Counted from the first letter of the stretch, positions 39,360 to 47,389 are shown. The stretch: DNA of 64,000 nucleotides from Candidatus Latescibacterota bacterium (GCA_965203355.1 OZ241889.1:928001-992000); one strand, 5' to 3'. The notes: generated by a model not told the origin, from the letters alone. Made by a program: numbers and translations.

Positions 39360-39569
39360 TTACTTCGTGAAGTGGACCTTAATATCTCCTTCGCTGCACT
39401 CACTTTTCTCTGGGTCCCTATGGCATCCGTAGTACTTGGCAAGGCAGGGCTCGCCATCGCAGATAGCACGTGTCACGAGGAACGGATTCACGTCCCACTC
39501 GCCTTCCATCGCGTAGGCTTGGATGAAAAGCCTGCGCCTCACTGGGGTTTTCTTGCTGAGCGTTTTCAT
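39360..39569 (-). CDS. Cys-rich precursor peptide B (69 aa)
   Basis: AAGGAG RBS; leader MKTLSKKTPVRRRLFIQAY; core with 4 Cys, CxxxxCLAKYYGC. Confidence 0.85.
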   Translation of the reverse strand: MKTLSKKTPVRRRLFIQAYAMEGEWDVNPFLVTRAICDGEPCLAKYYGCHRDPEKSECSEGDIKVHFTK

Positions 39570-39679
39570 AGGATTACTCCTTGGCGAAGCTCATAAATGA
39601 GCGGTGTGTGAAAAAGGAAACCAGAACCCATACCTTCTGGTGCACAAAAGATGAATCGCCGACATGGTAGGCTGTGTAC

Positions 39680-39800
39680 CACGTTTTGTCTCCCGCGCGA
39701 ATCTCGTTCCACAACCCAGCGTTGGCTGGCACAGCCGTGCTGCCGAGGCAAGGAAGCGGGCGGCGAGTACCATGTGAATGTTTGAGAATGTGGTTTTCAT
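39680..39800 (-). pseudogene. frameshifted 5' remnant of a further secreted (propeller-like) gene
   Basis: MKTTFSNIHMVLAAR, then in another frame ...PANAGLWNEIR, matching the propeller N-terminus MKTAHS...ADAGLWDNIK. Confidence 0.6.
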
Positions 39801-40110
39801 CAGGCTGTGCTCCTTTTGTTATTAATAAAAGTAGCGATTGTCGTGGCACTTCGGTATCGGGTGATCACCTGATTTTTGACTAATTCTTATCGGGTGATCA
39901 CCTGATTTTTTGAAAAAACGCCTGATGTGATCTTGTCTGGCGGCGAGTAACACGTGGATGTTTGAGAATATGGTTTTCATTAGACTGTGCTCCTTTTGTT
40001 ACTAATAAAAGTAGCGATTGTCGTGGTGCTTCGGTATCGGGTGATCACCTGATTTTTGACTAATTCTTATCGGGTGATCACCTGATTTTTTGAAAAAAAT
40101 GCCTGATATG
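39771..40110. repeat. 180-bp-period tandem duplication of promoter, RBS and first codons
   Basis: 39771..39930 nearly identical to 39951..40110. Confidence 0.9.
39856..40086. promoter_or_regulatory. four 18-bp palindromic boxes ATCGGGTGATCACCTGAT
   Basis: At 39856, 39889, 40036, 40069; pairs 33 bp apart; upstream of the peptide operon and beside the response regulator gene. Confidence 0.75.
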
Positions 40111-40288
40111 GGCTTGTAGCCGAGGTTTGGCGGACTTGTCTGTGCGCCTTTGGACTCCGCTCGTGCGCCAAGAGCGTAGGCATAGCTAGGTGAATCTACT
40201 TAGTACAGGCTGTAAGGTACAGGGCGCAGAGAAAGAGGGAGGGCGAGGCCGTTCTGGGGACTAGTGGTGATTGGGACTGCCACGCCGC

Positions 40289-40942
40289 TTAGCGAGGCTG
40301 GTCCTCTTCGTCCATTAGTCCCTCTCTGATCGCGTACGCTGTCAGTTTGGCCACGCTGTGCAGGTCGAGCTTATTCATTATGTGCTGGCGGTGGGTGCCG
40401 ATGGTCTTTTTGCTCAGATAGAGTTCTTCGGCTATTTGCGCCGTTGTTTTTCCTTGGGCGACGCATCGCAGCACCATGTGCTCACGCGACGTCAGGGTAG
40501 AAAGTGGTTTGCTGGAGGCATCAGAATGACGCGCCTTGCTGGTGTTGATGGGATTAGTCAGTTGCGAACTCACGTACTGGCGACCAGCTTCCACCTCCCT
40601 GAGTGCTTTCACTAACTCGTTGATGAAGTTCGTTTTCAGCAGATACGCCCAGCCTCCCGCTTCGAACAGGCCATCCACAAATCGCTTATCTGCGTGTTCC
40701 GACAGCGCGACGAACTTCACCTGCGGATGCGTCGTCCGTATCTGGCGTGTTACCTCGAGGCCGCTCAGGTCGGGTAGCCCCATATCCACGATCACAAGGT
40801 CGGGGTGGTAGGAGCGGATCAAGTCAATAGCCGTGCGACCGTCGGATGCCTCGCCGACGACTTCAATATCGCTTTCTTGTTCGAGCCGTGTGTGCAGGGC
40901 TTGGCGCACCATAGTGTGGTCTTCTACCAGAAAAATCTTCAT
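40289..40942 (-). CDS. NarL/LuxR family response regulator
   Basis: VEDH, IVDMGLP phospho-Asp, LTSRE...G.TT.QIAEEL.LS.KTI.THR..IMNKL. Confidence 0.95.
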   Translation of the reverse strand: MKIFLVEDHTMVRQALHTRLEQESDIEVVGEASDGRTAIDLIRSYHPDLVIVDMGLPDLSGLEVTRQIRTTHPQVKFVALSEHADKRFVDGLFEAGGWAYLLKTNFINELVKALREVEAGRQYVSSQLTNPINTSKARHSDASSKPLSTLTSREHMVLRCVAQGKTTAQIAEELYLSKKTIGTHRQHIMNKLDLHSVAKLTAYAIREGLMDEEDQPR

Positions 40943-42012
40943 GGGGAATGGCCCTCCTCTTCAGCTAAAGAACGCGGAAGCACTAGTAGGCAACGCGTAC
41001 CTTTACCGGGCGTTGATTGGATGGTCAAATAGCCACCGATATGGAGCAGATGCTCTTGAATGCTGAACAGACCGAAGTGGCTGGCTCGGTCCATCTGCTC
41101 TAGACGCACTGTATCAAAGCCCTTACCCTCGTCTTCTATCACCACCTGCAACTGGGCTACATCTCGCCGCAAGGAGACGGTGGCTTGGTCTGTGTTGGCG
41201 TGCCGTGAGACATTGATCAGCAACTCGCGAATGGACCTGTACACTAAGCCGCGTATGTCGTGGTTGTGTATCTCCCACTTGTCCTCGGCTTCCACGCGCA
41301 CGGTCAATCCATACTGGGAATGGAGGCGGTCGCCGAGGGCCTCTAAGCCTGGTACGAACCCTATGCCGTAGAGCACGGGTGAACTGCTGTCGGATGTCAT
41401 GGATCGGATGTGATGAGCCATTTCGTCCATGTTCTTCTCCAATGTATCGATCAAGGCTTCTCGTTCGGGGTCGTCGGAATGCCGCAGTGAATTGATCTCA
41501 ACCTTCGACAGCACCAATAGCTGCCCGATGGAATCGTGCAGATCGGCCCCAAGGCGCACCCGCTCGCGCTCTCTGTCAATTAAGAGTCTGGTCGCCAGTG
41601 CCTGCAACTTCTGGATGTGTCTTTCCATGCGCTTGTGCTTGCTGATTTTGCGGATGCTACCTTGATAACCTATGAGGGTGCCGTTTGCGGCTCGCCGAAC
41701 CGAGACCGTTAGGAACGCATCGAATTGGTGCCCGTTACCCGTTGTAAAAGCCGCTGTAAAGTCGCACACAACCTCTGCTTGCTCAATCTGTTCCTGAAAC
41801 CGCTTGTAATCATCTAAACGGGTGTAGAGGCGGCGGATGTTGGAGCCGATCAGGTCGGCGCGTTCGTGGGCAAATAGGGTACTGGCGGCAGGATTGGCAT
41901 CGACGATGGTCCCATCTCGCGCAGCGATGAAGAAGGCATCTGGCGACGCTTCAAACAGGTCGCGATAGAGTTTTGGGTCTCGCCTCAACTTTCTTGGCTC
42001 AGGCTTGCACAT
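40939..42012 (-). CDS. cytoplasmic PAS sensor histidine kinase (HisKA_3)
   Basis: PAS domain, ERVRLGADLHDSIGQ, ELLINVSRHA, EDEGKGF, FGLFSI, PGKGT; no TM. Confidence 0.9.
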   Translation of the reverse strand: MCKPEPRKLRRDPKLYRDLFEASPDAFFIAARDGTIVDANPAASTLFAHERADLIGSNIRRLYTRLDDYKRFQEQIEQAEVVCDFTAAFTTGNGHQFDAFLTVSVRRAANGTLIGYQGSIRKISKHKRMERHIQKLQALATRLLIDRERERVRLGADLHDSIGQLLVLSKVEINSLRHSDDPEREALIDTLEKNMDEMAHHIRSMTSDSSSPVLYGIGFVPGLEALGDRLHSQYGLTVRVEAEDKWEIHNHDIRGLVYRSIRELLINVSRHANTDQATVSLRRDVAQLQVVIEDEGKGFDTVRLEQMDRASHFGLFSIQEHLLHIGGYLTIQSTPGKGTRCLLVLPRSLAEEEGHSP

Positions 42013-42055
42013 AGCTGCTCCTCGTGATAGAGTAGGCCCGCTAGTCGCCCCTAAA

Positions 42056-42682
42056 CTATGTTGGTGTCTCTCGCCGCGCCAACTTTTGCCATGCCGTTCG
42101 CGCCGCTCGATAGCTTGCCTGCGTGTCCACATCCACAAAGATGCCCTCGTCCTCAACGGGCACTTCGACGACGCTGGCCGCGTTTTTTGCCAAGACCGGC
42201 CGCGCGCCCCGATCGCCCGTCAACGCGAGTAAAGCATCTCGATGGGCCCGGCCGATCGCTACGGGATGGCCGCGCTGCCCAGCGCACACTGGCACGGCGA
42301 TCGCCGCTCTACTTTTTAACGCCTCGGCGACCTTTAGCATTGTCGTACCCGCTATCTGCGGCATGTCTCCTAGGGCCAAGAAGTAGCCTTGCTCGCCGAT
42401 GGCCGCTTCCACGCCCACTCGGATAGAAGAGGCCATCCCGGCGGCAAAATCGGGGTTGTGTACCAACCGCACGGGATAGCGGCGCAACCTTTCCTCTACC
42501 GCTACCCGCTGATGCCCTGTCACCACGACCACCTCCCCCAAACCCACCTCGCAAACCCGCTCCACCACAGCTTGGAGGACGCACTGCTCCTGCCAAGGCA
42601 GCAGCAACTTGTTGGCCTTTTTCATCCTAGCGGAACGCCCCGCCGCCAATACGATCCCGCTAAGGTCTGCGAGTCTGATCAT
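42056..42682 (-). CDS. mocA: molybdenum cofactor cytidylyltransferase (MocA-like)
   Basis: VLAAGRSARM..NKLLL, GMASSI..G, LGDMP, GHPV, GDRGAR, DVDT. Confidence 0.8.
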   Translation of the reverse strand: MIRLADLSGIVLAAGRSARMKKANKLLLPWQEQCVLQAVVERVCEVGLGEVVVVTGHQRVAVEERLRRYPVRLVHNPDFAAGMASSIRVGVEAAIGEQGYFLALGDMPQIAGTTMLKVAEALKSRAAIAVPVCAGQRGHPVAIGRAHRDALLALTGDRGARPVLAKNAASVVEVPVEDEGIFVDVDTQASYRAARTAWQKLARRETPT

Positions 42683-42717
42683 TCCAATCTCCTAAGTAGG
42701 CCCGCCCCTACGCGCTT

Positions 42718-42766
42718 GACCACCGACCACTGACCACTGACCACCGGCCACCGACCACTGACATCC
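42718..42766. repeat. heptamer tandem repeat (GACCACY) x7
   Basis: In the mocA-coxG divergent intergenic region; two units degenerate. Confidence 0.85.
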
Positions 42767-42774
42767 CGACGCGA

Positions 42775-42804
42775 TTGACAAGAACGGGCAAAATTTTGTA
42801 ATAT
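42775..42804 (+). promoter_or_regulatory. putative sigma70 promoter of the coxG-S-L-M operon
   Basis: TTGACA - 18 nt - TAATAT. Confidence 0.5.
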
Positions 42805-42847
42805 CCACCTTACATCCGCTTCTGGCCCTTAACAATAGCATCGGCCC

Positions 42848-43297
42848 ATGCAGCTTACAGGCTCTCATACTTTTCGCGCTCCAAGGCAGATCCTGTGGGA
42901 CTTGCTCAACGATCCCGAGGTGTTGGCGCGCATCACCCCAGGCGTCGATACCTTGGAGCAAACCGGCCCCGGCCAGTACCAAGCCGTATTGCACATCAAA
43001 ATGGGGCCGATCAACAGCACCTTCAACGGGGTGCTGCAAGTCGTCGATAGCAAGGAGCCGGAAAGCTATCGCTTGCTCATTGATGTCAACGGCAAGATCG
43101 GCCGCATTGCAGCCGAGGGTCAGGTCCGGCTTTCCGCCCAAGACCACCAGACGACCACAGTGGAACTCGAGGGCGGATCGCAGTTGACGGGCCGGTTGGC
43201 CAGCATGGGGCAGCGCCTGCTCTCGGGCGTGGCGCGGATGTTCACCAACCAGTTTTTCAAGGCACTGGAGCGCGAGATCCCTAATTCAACTAGATAG
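42848..43297 (+). CDS. coxG: CoxG / SRPBCC family protein
   Basis: 'LWDLLNDPEVLARITPG', 'GRLASMGQRL'. Confidence 0.85.
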   Translation: MQLTGSHTFRAPRQILWDLLNDPEVLARITPGVDTLEQTGPGQYQAVLHIKMGPINSTFNGVLQVVDSKEPESYRLLIDVNGKIGRIAAEGQVRLSAQDHQTTTVELEGGSQLTGRLASMGQRLLSGVARMFTNQFFKALEREIPNSTR

Positions 43298-43306
43298 GAG
43301 GCGACT

Positions 43307-43771
43307 ATGGCAGTAGCGATTGAAGTCACTGTCAACGGCCAGACTCACAAGCACGAGGTGGAGCCGCGCCAGATGCTCGTCAGCTATTTGCGCGAGGAGT
43401 TGGGCCTGACGGGCACTCACGTCGGCTGCGACACCAGCAACTGCGGGGCCTGTACCGCTATCGTCAATGGCCAAGCCGTCAAGGTCTGCACCATGCTCGC
43501 GGCGCAAGCCGACGGCGCGGAGATAACGACCATTGAAGGACTTGCAGACAACGGCACACTGCATCCGTTACAGGTCGCCTTCCGCGAGGCCCACGGCTTG
43601 CAGTGCGGCTTTTGCACGCCTGGCATGATCATGGCCGCTTGGCAGTTGCTCGAGCGCAACGCAACGCCCAGCCCCGCCGAGATCCGCCACGCGCTCGAAG
43701 GCAACTTTTGCCGCTGCACGGGCTACGACAACATCATCAAGGCGGTCCAACGCGCCGCCGAGAGCGCCTAG
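43307..43771 (+). CDS. coxS: CoxS-like (2Fe-2S) subunit
   Basis: GCDTSNCGACT, QCGFCTPG, GNFCRCTGY. Confidence 0.9.
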   Translation: MAVAIEVTVNGQTHKHEVEPRQMLVSYLREELGLTGTHVGCDTSNCGACTAIVNGQAVKVCTMLAAQADGAEITTIEGLADNGTLHPLQVAFREAHGLQCGFCTPGMIMAAWQLLERNATPSPAEIRHALEGNFCRCTGYDNIIKAVQRAAESA

Positions 43772-43780
43772 GAGGCCGCT

Positions 43781-46153
43781 ATGGGAGTGATAGGACAATC
43801 CATCAAGCGCGTCGAAGATCAGCGCTTTATCACCGGCAAGGGCCGCTACACCGACGACATAGCCCTGCCGAACTCGACTTTTGCGGCGATCGTGCGCAGC
43901 CCACACGCCCACGCCGCGATTAAAAACGTCAATACGACGGCCGCCGCGGCCGCCGCTGGCGTGGTCGCCGTCTTTACCGGGGCCGACCTCGAAGCGGCTG
44001 GCGTCGGTGGCCTGCCCTGTGGCTGGCAGGTGGATTTCAAAAACGGCGACACCATGAAGGAGCCGGCCCATCCGGTGCTGGCCGCGACCAAGGTGCGCCA
44101 CGTCGGCGATCCGGTCGCCATCGTCTTGGCCGAAAGCCGCGAGCAAGCCGCCGATGCCGCCGAGTTGGTGGCCGTGGATTACGAGGTTTTGGACGCGGTT
44201 GTCTCTGCTACCCAAGCGACGGTCGAGGGCGCGCCCCAGTTGTTCGACGAGGTGCCCAACAACACGTCCTTTGACTGGGCGCTCGGCGACCAAGCGGCAA
44301 CGGACGCCGCCTTGGCCCGCGCCGCGCACGTCACCACGTTGGAGTTCGACAACCAACGGCTCATCCCCAATGCGATTGAGCCGCGCTGCGCCATTGGCGA
44401 TTACGATGGCGCACGCGACCACTACACGCTCTACACCTCGTCGCAGAACCCCCACGTCATTCGCCTGCTGATGACGGCGTTTGTCTTGGGGCTGCCCGAG
44501 CACAAGGTGCGGGTGGTGTCGCCGGATGTGGGTGGCGGCTTTGGCTCCAAAATTTTTCACTATGCCGAAGAAGTCCTCGTCACGTGGTGCTCGCGCCAGC
44601 TTGGCCGTCCGGTCAAGTGGACCGCCAGCCGCAGCGAGGCGTTCCTCACCGACGCCCACGGCCGCGATCATCACACCAAGGTCGATCTCGGGCTCGACGC
44701 CGATGGGAATTTCGTCGGTCTGCGGGTCAAGACGGTTGCCAACCTCGGCGCGTACCTATCGACTTTCGCGCCCTGTGTGCCCACGTATCTCTACGGTACG
44801 CTCTTACAGGGGCTATACACGACCCCGGCGGTCCACGTTGATGTCACGGGCGTCTTTACCAACACCACGCCAGTTGACGCGCTGCGCGGCGCGGGTCGCC
44901 CCGAGGCCACGTACGTCCTCGAGCGCACTATTGAGCAGGCCGCCTTGGAGACCGGCCGCGACCCGGCCCAACTGCGGAGCCAAAACTTCATCCCGCCTTT
45001 TGACGGCGTCGAGCAAGAAGGCTACCAGACCCAAGTAGCCCTGCAATACGACAGCGGCAACTACCGGGCCGCGCTCGAAAAAGCCCTCGCAGCCATCGGC
45101 TACGACGAACTGCGGGCCGAGCAGGCCCAGGCCCGCGCCGCCGGCCATGGCCGTCATATCGGCATTGGCTTTTCGACCTACATCGAAGCCTGCGGCATTG
45201 CGCCGTCGGCCGTGGTTGGCGCGTTGGGGGCGCGCGCTGGCTTGTTTGAGAGCGCGGGCGTCCGGGTCCAGCCCACCGGCAAGGTCACGGTATTTACCGG
45301 CAGTCACTCGCACGGGCAGGGCCACGAGACGACCTTTGCCCAAGTGGTGGCCGACGGGTTGGGCGTGGGGATCGAAGACGTGGACATCATTCACGGCGAC
45401 ACCGAGTCCGTGCCCTTTGGCATGGGCACGTATGGCTCGCGCTCGCTGGCCGTCGGCGGCACAGCCATCGTCAAGAGCATGGACAAGATCAAGGAGAAGG
45501 GAGCCAAGATCGCCGCCCACTTGCTCGAAGCCGCCGAGGAGGACCTCGAATTCGTCGAGGGCCGTTGGACGGTCAAGGGCACCGATCAGTCGATCTCCTT
45601 TGGCGAGGTCGCGCTGGCCGCGTATGTGCCGCACAATTTTCCCGCAGGGCTGGAGCCGGGGCTGGAGTTTACCAGCTTCTACGACCCGGCCAATTTCACC
45701 TTCCCCTTTGGTGCTCATATAGCGGTCGTGGAGGTGGACGCCGAGACTGGCGTAGTCGCGGTGCGGCGCTACGTCGCTGTCGACGACGTGGGCAATATCG
45801 TCAATCCCATGATCGTCGAAGGTCAAGTTCACGGCGGCATTACGCACGGCATTGGCCAAGCCCTGTTTGAGGAGGCTGTGTACGACGACAGCGGCCAGCT
45901 CATTTCCGGCTCGTACATGGACTACGTTCTGCCGCGCGCCGACGATTTGCCTTCCTTTGAGACCGACCACACTGTCACGCCCTGCCCGCACAATCCCCTC
46001 GGCGTCAAGGGTGCTGGCGAGACCGGCACGATTGGTTCGCCGCCGGCCATTGTCAACGCCGTGATCGACGCCCTGTGGCCGTTGGGTGTGCGCGACCTTG
46101 CTATGCCGCTGACGCCGCAGAAGGTGTGGCAAGCCATCCAGCAAGTTAGCTAA
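43781..46153 (+). CDS. coxL: form II CoxL-like molybdopterin-binding subunit
   Basis: [19 protein letters not shown] (form II-like), HGQGHET, KGAGETG. Confidence 0.85.
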   Translation: MGVIGQSIKRVEDQRFITGKGRYTDDIALPNSTFAAIVRSPHAHAAIKNVNTTAAAAAAGVVAVFTGADLEAAGVGGLPCGWQVDFKNGDTMKEPAHPVLAATKVRHVGDPVAIVLAESREQAADAAELVAVDYEVLDAVVSATQATVEGAPQLFDEVPNNTSFDWALGDQAATDAALARAAHVTTLEFDNQRLIPNAIEPRCAIGDYDGARDHYTLYTSSQNPHVIRLLMTAFVLGLPEHKVRVVSPDVGGGFGSKIFHYAEEVLVTWCSRQLGRPVKWTASRSEAFLTDAHGRDHHTKVDLGLDADGNFVGLRVKTVANLGAYLSTFAPCVPTYLYGTLLQGLYTTPAVHVDVTGVFTNTTPVDALRGAGRPEATYVLERTIEQAALETGRDPAQLRSQNFIPPFDGVEQEGYQTQVALQYDSGNYRAALEKALAAIGYDELRAEQAQARAAGHGRHIGIGFSTYIEACGIAPSAVVGALGARAGLFESAGVRVQPTGKVTVFTGSHSHGQGHETTFAQVVADGLGVGIEDVDIIHGDTESVPFGMGTYGSRSLAVGGTAIVKSMDKIKEKGAKIAAHLLEAAEEDLEFVEGRWTVKGTDQSISFGEVALAAYVPHNFPAGLEPGLEFTSFYDPANFTFPFGAHIAVVEVDAETGVVAVRRYVAVDDVGNIVNPMIVEGQVHGGITHGIGQALFEEAVYDDSGQLISGSYMDYVLPRADDLPSFETDHTVTPCPHNPLGVKGAGETGTIGSPPAIVNAVIDALWPLGVRDLAMPLTPQKVWQAIQQVS

Positions 46154-46167
46154 GGAGAAGATAGACC

Positions 46168-46983
46168 ATGATACCTGTCGCGTTTGACTATCATCGTCCC
46201 GCTTCAGTAGATGAGGCGATTGAACTCCTCTCGGACGACGCCCAGCTCTTAGCGGGTGGCCACAGCCTGTTACCGGCCATGAAGCTGCGCTTGTCGTCGC
46301 CGGGTGCGCTGATCGACATTGGCCGGATCGCGGAACTCAACTACATCAGAGAGGACGGCGGCACCCTTGCTATTGGTGCTACTACGACTCACCACCAGAT
46401 CGCGTCCTCGGGCTTGGTGCGTGCCAACGCCTCGGCTCTGGCCCAAGCCGCCTCGGTCATCGGCGATCCGCAAGTGCGCAACAAGGGCACCATTGGCGGC
46501 TCGCTGGCCCACGCGGATCCGGCCGCTGACTACCCGGCCGCGATTTTGGCGCTGGGTGCTGAGATGGTCGTCCGAGGACCCGACGGGGTGCGTTCGATTC
46601 CGGCTGAGGAGTTCTTCGTCGATCTGTTTTTGACCGCACTCGCGCCGGACGAAATCATCACCCAAGTGAGGGTCCCGGCTGCGGACAAGTCGGCGTATGT
46701 TAAATTTCCGCATCCAGCCTCGCGCTTTGCCGTGGTGGGCTGCGCTGCTGCTTTGGCTGGTGGCGCGGTCAGGGTGGCCTTTACGGGCGTGGCTAATGCG
46801 GCTTTCCGCGATAGTGGGGTTGAAGCGGCTCTCAGCGGCGGCTTGAGCGAGGAAGCAATCGCCGCGGCCGCGGCCCGGGCAACCGAGGGACAGGAGGTGC
46901 TCGCCGACCACTTTGCTGGCGAAGAGTACCGCCGCCACTTGGCCAAGGTTTTTGCTCGCAAGGTGCTTGCGGCCATCGCCTGA
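46168..46983 (+). CDS. coxM: CoxM-like FAD-binding subunit
   Basis: LAGGHSLLPAMKLR, QVRNKGTIGGSLAHADPAAD. Confidence 0.9.
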   Translation: MIPVAFDYHRPASVDEAIELLSDDAQLLAGGHSLLPAMKLRLSSPGALIDIGRIAELNYIREDGGTLAIGATTTHHQIASSGLVRANASALAQAASVIGDPQVRNKGTIGGSLAHADPAADYPAAILALGAEMVVRGPDGVRSIPAEEFFVDLFLTALAPDEIITQVRVPAADKSAYVKFPHPASRFAVVGCAAALAGGAVRVAFTGVANAAFRDSGVEAALSGGLSEEAIAAAAARATEGQEVLADHFAGEEYRRHLAKVFARKVLAAIA

Positions 46984-47007
46984 GTGCCTTTGCCTCTAGC
47001 AGCAACA

Positions 47008-47048
47008 GCCCCCGCCGCTCAACCCGCGTCGGGGGCTTTCTCTTTTTT
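47008..47048 (+). terminator. rho-independent terminator
   Basis: AGCCCCCG...CGGGGGCT stem followed by a T-rich tract. Confidence 0.75.
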
Positions 47049-47171
47049 ATTCTGTTTCGGGTATAAAAATTGCTTCGATCGGCGCGGCAAATACGCGGGC
47101 GATCTTAAACGCCAGCGGTAGGCTTGGGTCCAGTCGCGCTCGGCGCGCAACACCTTTAGGCGATTTTTTAG
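47047..47171 (-). pseudogene. XRE-family HTH regulator with internal deletion
   Basis: KNRLKVLRAERDWTQA joined out of frame to DPSLPLAFKIARVFAAPIEAIF; recognition helix missing. Confidence 0.8.
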
Positions 47172-47182
47172 CTGAAACGCGC

Positions 47183-47389
47183 TTAGGGGCATAGGCGGTC
47201 GGCCAAGATAAGTCCCGGTCGGCCTCCGTGTAGGCGCAAGCCGCGGGCGATCTCGGGGAGGTCGCTGACGCCGATTGTCAGATCTCGGCGCATGTACCAA
47301 AAACAGCGGGCGTGGTACTCGGCAAAGGCTTGGTGTGCGAGTTGCAGACGCTCGGTTTCGCTCAGGGTGTTTTGGCGTTTTGGCGGCAT
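47183..47389 (-). CDS. small hypothetical protein (possible orphan antitoxin)
   Basis: 68 aa 'AFAEYHARCFWYMRRDL...IARGLRLHGGR'; overlaps a 7-codon stub MPLSAFQ. Confidence 0.55.
   Translation of the reverse strand: MPPKRQNTLSETERLQLAHQAFAEYHARCFWYMRRDLTIGVSDLPEIARGLRLHGGRPGLILADRLCP

Noticed and set aside
37689-39569. Tat signal in the precursors (RRRFL / RRRLF)
   Set aside because: No hydrophobic h-region follows the arginines; the sequence turns acidic almost immediately.
39574-39849. A third precursor peptide (ORFs 39591..39800 and 39574..39849)
   Set aside because: No LSKK...IQAY leader or Cys pattern; better explained as a frameshifted signal-peptide remnant running into the conserved UTR.
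43568-46144. Long antisense ORFs (368 and 443 aa) over coxS/coxL, and similarly 60622..62067 and 56021..56947
   Set aside because: Typical high-GC antisense shadows of well-supported genes, with no recognisable motifs.
43307-46983. True aerobic CO dehydrogenase (form I)
   Set aside because: It lacks the AYxCSFR copper-binding loop, and the gene order is S-L-M.
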